NCBI RefSeq assembly: GCF_004010195.1
Contig: NC_057719.1
Coordinates: forward strand, 45,626,658-45,690,657
DNA length: 64,000 bases
DNA from: Chiloscyllium plagiosum
Lineage: Eukaryota
Reading direction: 5' to 3'
In this document: positions 51,200-63,965 of the stretch, piece by piece
Numbering within the stretch: the first letter of the stretch is position 1
Layout of the letters: every line of letters begins with the position of its first letter
Translations under genes and position numbers: made by a program
The notes under the pieces: generated by a model
What the model saw: the letters and a program-made list of their open reading frames with translations, nothing else
What the model was told of the DNA's origin: nothing
Databases searched by the model: none

Positions 51200-52194
51200 C
51201 TTAGTGGTTTAAAAACATGGGTATAAGTTATTAGCAACAAATTAACAAAACCACAGGACTGCTAAATAATTAGTTATGCTATTAAAATTGAATTACATGT
51301 GTTGCACATTTAAGTAAAATCAATGCCCATCATTGACCAAACAGCTGAAAAGGTTTTCAAAATGATGCTTTGGGAATAGAAAGGACATCTGTTGTGAAAA
51401 GAATTACTGCCAAGTAAAAGATCTGAACAAGTCCAAATTACAAATTAACAAATAAAATCCATGAAAGGTTACTTCAAAATTAACCAGTTTTCCCGTCAAC
51501 CAACATACAATACAAATTAGAGAAAATTAGATTAATTTCTGGTGATTTCAAACTAAGTTTAGTTAATTGCTAGAGCTATACCTGAGCAACAGAGGTATAC
51601 TAAAAGTTTTGGGATTTTTAGTTGGATTAGAAAAAATTGTTTAAGCACACTCTTGTTTTTATCTAATTATTAAAATGTTAACTGGTCAGATTGTACTTGA
51701 TAGTATGTGACAAGGCTTCCCAGACTGGAGTCATATTTAGTAGATGCATTTTAACATGACTAACAGATGATCTTGTCATGGGATATGGAAGCAGTCAGTT
51801 TATACTGTAGGTACAGTACCCCAAATCCAGCTGTCCAAACACTGGAATTGCGTAAGAACTTTTATTTTCTCTCATGCTACAAAACATGGTGAATGGAGAG
51901 AAAAATAAATTGCAACCTCTTTGAAATGCAATATATGGTTATATGGTTGATTACATAAATTGCATGCTTGAAATCAGTGTAACCACTGAGCAGTACTTTT
52001 AGTGCCCTCACTCTGAATCAGCATCTGAAATACACGGGGGCAGTAGGCAAATTCATCCCCGAAAGTTATCAAAACAATGTGGAAAAAAAATCAGTCACAG
52101 AGTGAACTAACCAGAGAATAACCATCGCCATAAACAGAACAGACAGAACCGGTGAGGAGTTGCTCCACCAGTCAAATGCATGTCTCTCCCATGC

Positions 52195-52785
52195 TTGCCA
52201 TTAAAAAATGGTTCATCATTGGTTAGGTCACATTTGGAATATTGTGGACGATTCTGGTCTCCCTATCAGAAGGATGTCGTGAAACAGGAAAGGGTTCAGA
52301 AAAGATTTACAAGCATGTTGCCAGGGTTGGAGGATTTGATCAAAAGGGAGAGGCTGAACAGGCTAAGGCTGTTTTCCCTGAAGTGTCAGAGGCTGAGGGG
52401 TGACCTTATAGAGGTTTATAAAATCATGAGGGGCATGGATGGGGTAAATAAACAAGGTCTTTTCCTTGGGGTAGGAGAGATCAGAACTAGAGGGCATAAT
52501 TCTAGGGTGATAGAAGAAAGATTTAAAAGAGACCTAAGGGGCAACATTTTCATGCAGAGGAGGGTGTGTATATGAAATGATCTGCCAGAGGAAGTGGTGG
52601 AGGCTGATACAATTACAGCATTTAAAAGGCATCTGGATGGGTACATGAATAGGAAGGGTTTAGAAGGATATGGGCTAAATGCTGGCAAAAGGGACTAGAT
52701 TAATTTAAGATGTCTGGTTGGCATGGACAAGTTGGACCGAAGGGTCTGTTTCCATGATGTACATCTCTATGCCTCTCTGACTATC
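52195..52785 (+). mobile_element. CR1 LINE 3' end
   Basis: LVRSHLEYCGRFWSP...RLRGDLIEVYKIM. Confidence 0.93.
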
Positions 52786-52887
52786 ATCAGTTATCACAGC
52801 ATAGGAACACTTTGTGACTTGAGGAGCAGCGATCAGTTAGAAAAGTAAGTGGCAGTAGTCCATCAGTTGTGTCAGAGGTCTCTTTTG

Positions 52888-53215
52888 GTAAGTATTGAGG
52901 CCTGTGCCTTTTGGCCAGGGACCAAGGGCAAGGTGCTATGCCCTCAATTGGGAATCATGGGTCAAGCCTTTGGTCAGGAGTCGTGTGTTTTTTCTTGGAC
53001 TGGGGCCAGTTGCCATGTCTTTTACCAGGGATCGAGGGCCATGCATTTTGGCAGAGGCCCTGATTTGTACCTTTTGCCAGGGGCCATGGTCTGTGAATTC
53101 TGTCAGGAATTAGAGGCCCTTTCTTCGGTAGGGGGCTGTGCCTTTTGCCAATGCCATGGCCCAAGATTTTTGCTTAGGGCCAGATATTTGATTTGGGGCC
53201 ACGTCCTTTGTCAGG
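52888..53215. repeat. Degenerate GC-rich minisatellite, about 25 bp unit
   Basis: Recurrent ggcc(a/g)tg(c/t)cttttgccaggg-like units. Confidence 0.7.
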
Positions 53216-53229
53216 TCGTAGACGGTTAC

Positions 53230-54150
53230 AAAGAGATGCTTTCTAGGATTCTGAAGGAAGTGAGGATAGAAATTGTGGGTAAACAGGCTGTGATCTTCCA
53301 GTACTTCCTGGACTTGAGGGACGTGCCAGAAGACTGGAGGATTGCAAACATTACAGCCTTGTTCAAAAAAAGGTTGTAAGTAAAATCTCAGTAATTGCAG
53401 ACCGATCAGTTTAATTTCTGGGGAAACTTCCAGAAACAATTATTTGGAATGGAGTTAGTAGTCATATGAAAAAGATGGACTGTTGGGAAAGAGTGGGCAT
53501 GGATTTCTAAAGGGGAAACTGTGTTTAACTAACTTGCTGGAGTTCTCTGAAGAGTTGACAGAAAGTGCCAATGAGGGTATCACTGTTGATGTGGTATTTA
53601 TGGATTTCCAGAAGGTGCCTGATACAGTATCACACAACAGACATATGAAGAAAGTTGTTAGTCATGGTATAAAAGGGACAGTGGCAACTTAAATAGAAAT
53701 TGACTGAGTTACAAGAAATAGATAGCAATGGTCAGCAGACATTTTCTGGGCTGGAGGAAGGTTTGTAGTAGAGTTCCCCAGGGGTTGGTATTGAGACGCT
53801 TGATTTTGCTAATATATATATATTATTGATCTGGAACTTGGTATATAGGTGAGAATTTCAAAGTTTGCAGATGACTCAAACTGGGAAAAATGGTCAACTG
53901 GAGCAGGTAGTGTGCAACTCCAAAAGGACTTGACAGATTGGTGGCGTGAGTGGATTGGTGGCATATGAAGTTCAAAGCAGAGAAGTGGGAGGTAACTCAC
54001 TTTGGTTGAACATGGAAGGACAATACAATTTTACGTACAATTCTAAAGTGGGGGTGGGGGAGGCATACAGGAGCAGAGGGACCTGGGTATATCCTTGCAC
54101 AGATCATTGAAGGTGGCAAGACAGGTGGAAAGAACAATTAATAAAGTATA
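53230..54150 (+). mobile_element. CR1 LINE RT fragment
   Basis: VPEDWRIANITALFKK, GFLKGKLCLTNLLEF and FMDFQK. Confidence 0.9.
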
Positions 54151-54159
54151 CATAAGGGG

Positions 54160-54685
54160 CTCAAAACTGTTCACAGTAGTGTAGCTATGGTCTTAATAAT
54201 GCCTTTTATAGCCTTAGCAAACCTTTCCCACTTATATACTCCATTCCCTCTGAAACTAAGTCCAACATTCTTTTTGTCTTCTCATTACCCACTAACCTTG
54301 AATGCTGGCTTTATGTCTTTTATGGATGAGGACTCCAAATCCAAAATCCAATACCAAATCCCCCTGTCCTGTGGCTTTCTGCAGTGTTTCTCCACTTTAA
54401 TAATATATCTATTCTTCCTGACAAAATGCATAATCCCTCAGATTTTTCCCACTTTATATTCCATCTCCCAAGTTTTTGCCTATTCACGTAACCTGTCTAT
54501 ATCCCTCTGCAAAATCTTTGCGTTATCCTCATCATTTGCCTTCCCACCCATATTGTGTTATTCACAAACTTGGCTATATTCACATTGCTCATCCGAATCA
54601 TTAATATGCAATGTAAGTAATTGTGGCTCCAATACCAATCCATATGACACACCAGTAGTTACATGTCGCCATCCTGAAAAACCCA
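54160..54685 (-). mobile_element. CR1 LINE fragment, inverted relative to its neighbour
   Basis: Reverse complement of the RT region (ccagtagttacatgtcgccatcctgaaaa). Confidence 0.7.
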
Positions 54686-54689
54686 CTAG

Positions 54690-54950
54690 GCAAAAGTGAG
54701 GACTGCAAATGCTGGAGATTAGAGTCAAGATGATGGTGCTGAAAAAGCACAGCAGGTCAGGCAGAAGCCAAGAAGCAGGAAAATCGATGTTTCAGGAAAA
54801 AGCCCTTCATTAGAAAGGAGGCTGGGAGCCTCGGGGGGTCTCCACTGTCGATTTTCCTGCTCCTTGGATGCTGCCTGACCTGCTGTGCTTTTCCAGCACC
54901 ACTCTAAATCTAGACTCTGGTTTCTAGCATCTGCAGTCCTTGTTTTTACC
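54690..54950. mobile_element. Inverted pair of Penelope pLTR units with degenerate hammerhead
   Basis: The left arm (gaaaaagcacagcaggtcaggcag) is inverted relative to the right arm (ctgcctgacctgctgtgcttttcc). The minus-strand core reads CTAATGA...GAAACATC. Confidence 0.8.
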
Positions 54951-55094
54951 TTTCTACTAGTTACCAGTCCAGGCTAAAACAATGCTTCACAATTTTCTGT
55001 CAAAAATTAAAGTACATTTTCAGCGTGTTGAAGAATATTGTTTTGTGTTGAGGCATTCTTGTGCCAACCCCTCAAGTGTGATAAATTCTTTAGA

Positions 55095-55140
55095 GATACA
55101 TTACATGTAAGCTTTTGTCTTGCACTCATCAGGATATTTC
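55095..55140 (-). ncRNA. Hammerhead-like motif, third family (mutated)
   Basis: Reverse complement reads tc-CTGATGA-GT gcaag AC-(A)AAAG-CTT. A related + strand remnant lies at about 61884-61910. Confidence 0.45.
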
Positions 55141-55594
55141 ACAAGAAAAATCAAATTAAAGGGAAAGCAACATTTATATTGGAAGGGAGGAGATGGTTTA
55201 GTGGATGGCAAGTGGTCACTGGTAGAGCTGTTGCCATGGAGAATGAATCGGTTAATGATGACTGCCAGCTAACTCATACACTTTGTTTGATTTTTAAACC
55301 AAGCAGATTGACTGTGATTGGTCAAGGTATTGTCTTGAGAAATGTATGAGAGAATGGCTGCCATCCATTTTGTTGAGTTGGAATGGATCCAGGGTCGTTT
55401 GTATTAATATATGTGGCATGCACTATATCACACGTGCAATGACATTCGTATAACCACATTATGCATTTGTGTATATGTAGAACTTTTTTTTACTAGACAG
55501 TAGCATCCTGTTCATGGTGAAAACCACTCATGTTGTTACTGAATACTAGCAGCAAAAAAACAGCCAGCATCCTCTCAATCCTCTCAACCTTGGT

Positions 55595-55686
55595 TTGCTG
55601 ATGAAGGGCTTTTGCCGAAACGTTGATTCTCTTGCTCCTCAGATGCTAGCTGACCTGCTGTGCATTTCCAGCACCACACTCTCATC
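55595..55686 (+). mobile_element. Penelope pLTR-derived unit with hammerhead core
   Basis: CTGATGA-ag-GGC tttt GCC-GAAA-C-GTT, flanked by repeated tcctctcaatc (probable TSD). Confidence 0.8.
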
Positions 55687-55714
55687 TCCTCTCAATCATA
55701 GACAATCAATCAAT

Positions 55715-56060
55715 CATAGAATCCCTACAGTGCAAAAAGAAGCCATTTGGCCCATCGAGTTGCACCAACTCTCCGAACAACATTCTACTCATCCCAACAC
55801 CCAATATATTCCCATAACCCCACATTTCTCATGGCTAATTCATCTAGTCTGCACATCCCTAGGAATTATGGGCAATTTACCATAGCCAATCCATAACTGC
55901 ACATCTTTGGACTGTGGGGGGAAACCAGAGCACCAGGTGCAAATCTATGCAGACACACGGAGAACGTGCAAACTCCACACAGTCACCCAAGGCCGGAATT
56001 GAACCCGGGTCCCTGGCACAGTGCGGCAGCAATGCTAACCACTGAGTCACTGTGCCACCA
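55715..56060 (-). mobile_element. HE1-type V-SINE
   Basis: Reverse complement of the head and V-domain (tgcaaactccacaca). Confidence 0.88.
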
Positions 56061-56223
56061 TTTCAGTGTGGCAACAATGAAGACATGTTTAATTTGCCCT
56101 GCCAACTTGAGGCTTCATTTCAAATTTTTGGCTTCCATGTTGATATTTTTCTCACACCATCATATAAAACCTTAGCAGTATATCAAAATCTTATGAATTA
56201 CTGCAAAGGAAATTGTGACTCAC

Positions 56224-56390
56224 AAATCAATCCAGCATGTGGTATAAGTCTGCGCATCTCTTAACTTGGTAAGTTGTTCAAGCTCATTTCTAGCTCTCGA
56301 AGTCTTGGTGTCATCATTATCAATGAAAAGAATGAGCAATGGTTTCAGAGGATGGAAATAAGAAGGGAAAGTTTCCACTGTGACTTCAGG
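56224..56390 (-). CDS. TXNDC16: TXNDC16 internal exon, 167 nt (not in the ORF track)
   Basis: Acceptor aacattag| and donor |gtgagt. Encodes PEVTVETFPSYFHPLKPLLILFIDNDDTKTSRARNELEQLTKLRDAQTYTTCWID(L), versus human [25 protein letters not shown]...FTPCWLNL. Phase 0 to 2. Confidence 0.93.
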
Positions 56391-56579
56391 CTAATGTTAA
56401 AAATAGAAATAAAAGAGAACATGTTACTAAGAAATGGTAGAGATAATTACAAACAATTCAAATCTACAATTATAGGCAATCTTTATTGGTTATGATCAGA
56501 TCACCTTTACAATTTGCAATAAAGTGATGTCTGTCTGGAAAGTATGTCTGCCCCTACTCAGCTACAACAATCCAAGAAG

Positions 56580-57620
56580 CAACAGAGAAACATTTATGAA
56601 GAGATTTGTCACTTTTACTGACACCATTCTGATAAAATCCTACATAGGAAACTGTGTAGAAATGTTAAAGCACAGGAGATAGGAGGTAATGTACTGGTGT
56701 AGATTAATAATTAACTCACAGACAGAAAACAGACACATTGCCAGATTAACTAATCGCTTATTGCAAGAATAAGTGCTTGGGCCCCAGTGTTTCTCAATTT
56801 CTATATTAATGATTTGAAGGAGTGGACCAAATGGAATGCTTCCAAATTTGCAAATGATAACAAAGTGAGGAAGATGTATGTGAAAAAGATGTAAAATGGC
56901 TTCAGGAGTATTTGAAAAGTCTTAATGAATGGCTGAAAACATGGCCTATTAACATAATGTGGGAAAATATGAAGTTATCCACTTTGGTAGGATGTGCAGA
57001 GTAAATGCTAAGAGATTGGAGAGTGTAGATGTGCAAAGGGACCTAGGTGTCCTTGTCGATAAGTCAGAGAAAGCTAACATGCATGGTGCAGTGAGCTATG
57101 AGGAAAGCTAATGTAATGTTAGCCTTTACTGCAACAGGCTTTGACTACAGGAGTAGTGAAGTCTTGTTTCAATTGCATATAGGTGTGGTCTAACCACACC
57201 TGGAGTACTGTGTGCAGTCTTAGTTTCAGGAAAGATATTACTGCCATCGAGGAATGCCATGAAGGATTATCAGCTTTGTTCCTGGGATGATGGGACTATC
57301 CTATGGAGAAAGATTGAGCAAACTAGGATTGTATTCTTTCGTTAATGTGATTGGGGAGAAGTCTAGAACAGTTTAAACAAAAGGGGGTACCACTTAGGCC
57401 TGAGATGAGGACTTCTTTTTAACTTTGGAATTCTCCATCACAGCAGTTTATGGAAGATCAGTCTTTAAGTATGTTTAATGTAGAAATCGATGATTTTCAG
57501 TTTACCAATGGCATATGTGGTCATGGGGAAGGAAGGAATTGAAGTGTTAGATTAGCCATTTGTATTGAACAACAGAGCAAGTTTGACAGGCTGAATGGCC
57601 TAGTCCTGTTCTTAAGGTGT
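56580..57620 (+). mobile_element. Degenerate CR1 LINE
   Basis: SKFANDNK, PHLEYCVQ and the 3' UTR. Confidence 0.8.
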
Positions 57621-58826
57621 TTTGTTCACAAGGTCCTATGTTCATAGCCACCAGCTCAGATACTGGGAATTCATGTTCCTTAGAGGCTGGTATAAAATTG
57701 GGAGCAGCACACGATAAATCGTTGGGCACGAGTAGGCTGCAGTCAGACCCAGAAGAGAGTGTGACGGCTCATTGGAAGGCAATTTCACAGAGGAGTTCTG
57801 TTACAGGGCACTAGGATAAGGACTACAGCGGAGTTACTTTTAAGGTGGTGCATACTTGGATGCTGAGTGCAATGGCTGGCTGCCAAGCAGTCTTCTGTCA
57901 CAGTCAAGGGATGCGTCGGAGTGTGCCTTCAAGCTAATAGGGGGAATCATTGCCCTCTCTGCAAGTACTGCTCCATCTACATGTCTTGTTGCTTACCTTA
58001 AGAGAATGCAACTGCAGGCCCCATACTGGGTCAGTCTTCGAATGGACAGGTCAGCTGCTCTTCCATTCAGAATGCAACAGCATTCCCTCTCAGGAACTTA
58101 CCACAGCACCTCAAATTACACACCACAACAATTCCAAATACATTGCAAGTTGGGTGCCTGGTCCTTGAAGTAACTCAAACATTTGCTGAGCAACAAGCTA
58201 GTACTTCAGGCGGGCCCGTGTGATCTATTCCCACAAATGAGGCTTCCAATCATCAGGCAGAGTTGACTGATGTCATAACAACAGTTCAAGAGTCTGCTGG
58301 TGTGTATGCAAGGAATCTCTGCAGATTGCACTTCTGAGCATAGGCATCTCTATGAGCTGTGTCAGAAGCAAATGGTGCAGACACTCCACTTGCAATGATT
58401 TGAGTTACACACACCGATTATTTTATGCAGGACTTTGTTGTCCTAAGGTTCTCAATTAAGGTCATCTTAATAACACTAGCAAACACTGAGCAATATTATG
58501 TGATTATGCATATGATAAACGTCAGGAGATTGAATGCCATTTTATAAAGTATCACATGATGGAGACTCCTGTAATACATCAACTTTGATTTGGAAACCCA
58601 ACATCAACAAAAAACATTAGTTTTCCTTACTCTACAACATTTTGACTTAAAAGTGAGAATATATTGACATAAATGACATTTTAATTTAATATTCTAATTA
58701 TGTCAAGAATTAATTCTTCACACATCACAATATGTATTGCAAAAGTATTTAAAACATTAATAATGAGAACTTCAAAAGTTATGCTAAAATGTTTAAATAC
58801 AAACATCTAGCATTAAAAACACTTAC

Positions 58827-58965
58827 AAATGTTTCCAACATGGCACTCTTGACTGCAGATACAATGTCCTCTCTGCTAGGCTTTTCAAGATGAATGGCTT
58901 CTATGTCAGATTTTTCATCCCTAACAAACACCAGAGCTGGTAGAGCCACACCAAACCTTTGAGAG
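58827..58965 (-). CDS. TXNDC16: TXNDC16 (ERp90) internal exon, 139 nt
   Basis: Acceptor cattcag| and donor |gtaagt. Encodes SQRFGVALPALVFVRDEKSDIEAIHLEKPSREDIVSAVKSAMLETF, which aligns with recalled human TXNDC16 STKYAASLPALLLARHTEGKIESIPL...DALLEMF. Ends in phase 0, matching the next exon. Confidence 0.9.
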
Positions 58966-59249
58966 CTGAATGACAATGCAACAATAGAAGTGACAGATTA
59001 AAACAAAACATCATTTCTTAAATGCACATATCTGATGGAAAGAAATAACTTCTCATCAGTTTGTTTTAGCATCAAAATATAAATAAATGGAATTGTTCAG
59101 AAATTATTCAAGTTCAACTTTTCATTTAATAGCAACTGAAACTTTTGTGCAAAACAAAAGCAAAACTTTGTAGTTTTTGACTTTTTGAGGGTGATAGTTC
59201 TGTGAACAGAGTTTCTGAGAACAGAACTGAGTTTTCCCTGGGTGCTTTC

Positions 59250-59780
59250 ATTTCCTCCTACAGTCCAATGATTGACAATGCTAACTTGTCCTGTAGCATC
59301 CAGGGATGTGCAGGCTAGGTGGATTAGCCATGGGAAATACAGGGTTACAGGGATAGGGTGGGTCTTTGGAGGGTCGGTGCAGAACGGCCTGCTTCTACAC
59401 TTTAGGGATTCTATGATTCTATGACAACAGTCATTTAAACACGCCTGCACCGATGTTAAAAAAATGGGGAAAGAGTTTTCTTCACTCTGATGCCGCTGGT
59501 CAGAAATTGCTGAAAGAATCAGCAGAGTTTCAATCTCCCTATGAAGCCAAACATCTTCCACAAGAGCAAACATTCTTTTCACATCTGCCGAGAATTCTCA
59601 GGATCTTCTATGTTTCAATCAAGTCTTCTGAACTCAAATAGATACAAGCACAGCCTGTCCAACCCTTTCTTATAAGACAACCCATCTATCCAGTATTCCA
59701 ATGTATTTATAATCCTTTTTTGAATTAGGACAGTAATATTGTAAATAATACCCCGAATGTGGCCTCACCAGTGCCAAGCA
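59250..59780. mobile_element. Partial HE1-type SINE (+) followed by a CR1 remnant (-)
   Basis: gggatgtgcaggctaggtggattagccatggg...gattctatgattctatga tail, then CR1-like sequence. Confidence 0.6.
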
Positions 59781-59789
59781 GATGCTCCA

Positions 59790-60730
59790 TTGCTCCTGAC
59801 GTGCTACCAACTCAGAAACCAGTCTCCGTCAATTCAAACTAGAACATGTGAAGTTAAGAAACAGCAAGGTTCTGAGCTATAAGAACTTGCAGCTATAGGG
59901 CAGATGATGTGTTCATCAGAGCTAGTCAGAGCATGTCCCCAACCAGGATGTTCAACTACAGCTAGAACTTTGGCAACGAGCCAACTGTCGGGGATAATTG
60001 CCCAGATTTGTCCTGTCCCCAAAAGGCTGGTCGAACCTAATCCAGTCAAATCCTCAATCAATCTACTCTCAATCATTAACAACATTGCAGAAGGTGTCAC
60101 TGGCAGCACTATCAAGCAGTACTTACCCAACAAAACTCTGCTCAACAGTGCTCAGTTTGGGTTTCACCAAGGTCACTCAAATCCAAAACTCTTTCCAAAT
60201 ATGAACAGGAATTGATTTTTTTTTTAAGAGTGTGCTGCGAAGCAACTGGCTTTGAGATGAACACAGTAATTTATCAAATTTGGCATCAACAGTCTGAGTA
60301 AAACTAAAGTCAATCATACTCATGAGCAGGATTGGAGCAATACTGCAGGTTGGAGACATATCTTGATAAAGGAAGATGACTTTGGTAGTTAGACAGCTAT
60401 CACATTAGTCCTCAGAATCATTGCAGGAGTATCTCAGAGAAGTACGTTAGGCCTGAAAACTTCACTTGCTGCATCAAAGGCCTTCTCTTCATTCTATGAT
60501 GAAATGTGGTGTTCTTTACTGTTGTTTGCACACTGTTCGTTTTATATGTCCTCAAATAATGAGAAGTCCATGTCCACATGTAGCAAGAGCTAGCCCAAAA
60601 TTCAGCTTGGGCTCGTTAGTAGTAATAACATTCATTTATATTTGCGAGATACCTCTCCTATACATTCAACAGCATTATTGAATGATCTCCATCTCCAACA
60701 TGCTAAGGGTCACCATTGGCCAGTGTTCAA
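59790..60730 (+). mobile_element. Old CR1/L2-group LINE RT fragment
   Basis: INLLSIINNIAEGV...IKQYL...LLNSAQFGFHQGHS. Confidence 0.75.
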
Positions 60731-61059
60731 ATGTTCTCTAATCCCTTTTTAATGCTATTAAGCCACATGCCATGTAACGTCATTTCCTTTCAAGGCTACT
60801 CCTGTCTATGTGCAAACTTTCCCTCAAATTATCCCCTACTTCCATGAAAGTGGGCAAGAGATTAAACTGACTGCATAGCTAAACGAAACTATGTGGTAAT
60901 CAGAGACAGTGATATGCAGCTTTCATACTAAGTTGGATTAACCATAGAATTCAAACTTGCTCACAAACGTTGCATTAATGTGTCCTGTAATAAAAGCACA
61001 ACCCAACTTATTCCCTCAAACACAGACTCTGATCCAAATAAATAGCTTACGATCAAATA

Positions 61060-61225
61060 AAAACCAAAAGAAACTGCGGTTGCTATAAATCAGAAACTAA
61101 AACAGAAATTGTAGGAAAAGCTCAGCAGGTCTGGCAGCATCTGTGTTCTGAGGAAGGCTCACTCGACCCAAAATGTTAACTCTGATTTCTCTCACAGATG
61201 CTGCCAGACCTGCTGAACCTTTCCA
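61060..61225. mobile_element. Foldback Penelope pLTR-derived element with degenerate hammerhead
   Basis: Arms ctcagcaggtctggcagcatctgtg and cacagatgctgccagacctgctga enclose CTGAGGAAGG...ACCCAAAATGTT. Confidence 0.75.
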
Positions 61226-62516
61226 ACTATTGCTGCTTTGGTTTAAGGCCTAACAATATTGCAAAAAGTGCTCTTTGTAACATGTCTTTCATAATGCCAG
61301 TTCCTCAAACTTCGGAATCATGCAGATGGACTGGAATAATCTCTCACGGCTCTCTAATCTACTTTGTTGCCAAGTATGAAACATTGAAAGTGTTCTATCC
61401 AACTCACTTAATCTCTTGGAAAAAATAAATGACCAATAAATGAAGTCCTTACAAGAAAATATCAGGGAAATTTCTCCCTCAGAGATAGTCAACTAAAGGT
61501 GAGCAGTTGCATTCTCATGAGTCAGTGTTCCAAAGGGAATGTAAAAATTCATCTTAATCTTATTCTTTTAATATCCATCTTATTGTATGACAGATATTTA
61601 TACTTTTAAACAAATTCCCTCAGCGGTACACAACAGGTGCAATTTGCTGAAGTCACGGATCTACTAGCTGGGGAAAACATCTTTTAGTTTTACTGGAATC
61701 TTTTAAATTTACAATATTTTTATCGAGCTTTGTAATCATAATTCAAATTTATAGAAACTGATTTTCATGTATGTTTAATCATGTCTTCTACAGATTTAAA
61801 TACTTAGATTATGACGCTTACCAATTTTCTTTTATTCAATGAAAATTGTTGTGATGATTTAGAATTGAATATTCTTCTGTTTGTCCTGATGAGGGCAAGA
61901 TAAAAAAAGTCTGGCATCACAGCTCTCTTTTCAACAATGTTATTTCAATTCATCAAATACACTTCAGACATGTGTACACTGGTGATAAACAGATATGGCA
62001 TGGACTTTATATTGTGGTTAATTCCTTAATAACATTCAAGTTCTTACCCTTTTCATTAATTGCTAATGGATGCCCATCCATTGCATGCCAAGTATTCTCT
62101 CCTAAATTACATTATCCATTTACGGGCATATTCCTACACAGTTTAGAGCCATCAACATATTTCCATATTTATCCTTACAAGAAGCCTGAGCAACAGAAGC
62201 TCAGAATAGACCTCTGAGAAAGTTCATTAATGATGGGTTTGTGACATCAGCTTTTCCTCTTATTGATCATTCCATTGCTTAGGCAATTCCCAATGCAGTA
62301 TATAATTTATCATTCGTTCCATGACCCTAATCTTCAACAGTCTCATTGAGCTTTCCCAAATACCTTGCTAAATCCAATATATATTCTAAACATTCAATGA
62401 TATTGTTATATTGTGATGATATAATGGCTTTGAAAGGTGCATTTCTCCTGTTCTTTTTTATGAAGAAAGGTTGAGAGAGGAGCACCGATCAGTCTACTCA
62501 GAGCCAATAAACAATA

Positions 62517-63965
62517 CAGTCATAGAGGTGTACAGCATGGAAACAGACCCTTCGGTCCAACTCGTCCATGCTGACCAGATATCCAAACCCAATCTATTCC
62601 CACCTGCCAGCACCTGGCCCATATCCCTCCAAACCCTTCCTATTCATATACCCACCCAGATGCCTTTTAAATGTTGCAATTGTCCCAAGCCTACAGCACT
62701 TCCTTTGGCAGCTCATTCCATACACGTATCACCCTCTGTGTGAAAAACTTGCCCCTTAGGTCTCTATTATATCTTTCCCCTCTCACCCTAAACCTATGCC
62801 CTCTAGTTCTGGACTCCCCCACCCCAGAGAAAAGACTTTGTCTATTTATCCTATCCAAGCCATTCATGATTTTATAAACCTCTATAAGGTCATCCCTCAG
62901 CCTCCGACACTCCAGGGAAAACAGCACTAGCCTATTCAATCTCTCCCTGTAGCTCAAATCCTCCAACACTGGCAACATTCTTGTAATTTTTTTCTGAACT
63001 CTTTCAAGTTTCACAATATCCTTCCAATATGAAGGAGACCAGAATTGCACTCAATATTCCAACAGTGGCCTAACCAATGTCCTGTACAACCGCAACATGA
63101 CCTCCCAACTCCTGTACTCAATACTCTGACCAATAAAGGAAAGCATACCAAACACCTTCTTCACTATCCTATCTACCTGCGGCTCTACTTTCAAGGAGCT
63201 ATGAACCTGCACTCCAAGGTCTTTTTGTTCAGCAACACTCCCTAGGACCTTACCATTAAGTGTATAAGTCTTGCTAAGATTTGCTTTCCCAAAATGCAGT
63301 ACCTCACATTTATCTAAATTAAACTCCATCTGCCACTTCTCAGCCCATTGGCCCATCTGATAAAGATTCGGAGGTAACCTTCTTCGCTGCCCACTACACC
63401 TGCAATTTTGGTGTCATCTGCAAACTTACTAACTATACCTCTTATGCCCACATTCAAATCATTTATATAAATGATGAAAAGTAGTGGACCCAGTACCAAT
63501 CCTTGTGGCACTCCACTGGTCACAGGCCTCCAATCTGAAAAACAACCCTCCACCACCAACCACTGCCTTTTACCTTTGAGCCAGTTCTGTATCCAAATGG
63601 CTAGTTCTCCCTGTATTCAATGAGATCTAAGCTGGAAATGTGTTGCTGGAAAAGCGCAGCAGGTCAGGCAGCATCCAGGGAACAGGAGAATCGACGTTCC
63701 GGGCATAAGCCCTTATTCACGAACGTCGATTCTCCTGTTCCCTGGATGCTGCCTGACCTGCTGCGCTTTTCCAGAAACACATTTCCAGCTCTGATCTCCA
63801 GCATCTGCAGACCTCACTTTCCCTTCAATGAGATCTAACCTTGCTAACCAGTCTCCCATGGGGAACCGTGTCAAAAGCTTTACTGAAGTCCGTATAGATC
63901 ACATCTACCACTCTGCCCTCATCAATCCTCTTGGTTACTTCTTCAAAAAAACTCAATCAAGTTTG
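62517..63965 (-). mobile_element. Young CR1 LINE fragment
   Basis: [25 protein letters not shown] and KFADDTK, with the 3' tail at about 62517. Confidence 0.96.
63631..63823. mobile_element. Palindromic Penelope pLTR-derived element with TSD
   Basis: Inverted arms of about 68 bp. 15 bp TSD ttcaatgagatctaa at 63616-63630 and 63824-63838. The hammerhead core is disrupted. Confidence 0.9.

Noticed and set aside
57630..58450. GC-richer segment that might be an exon or a DNA transposon ORF
   Set aside because: No motif could be identified in any frame, so it is left unannotated.
60790..60860. Minus-strand FMEVGDNLRE as a candidate upstream TXNDC16 exon (human FSEAGNYLKG)
   Set aside because: No phase-compatible splice sites, and an in-frame stop follows. 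The true exon probably lies beyond the window.
62048..62101. 54 nt minus-strand AG...GTAAGA exon-like segment
   Set aside because: The peptide does not match TXNDC16, and its open frame's phase is incompatible with the 58965 exon.
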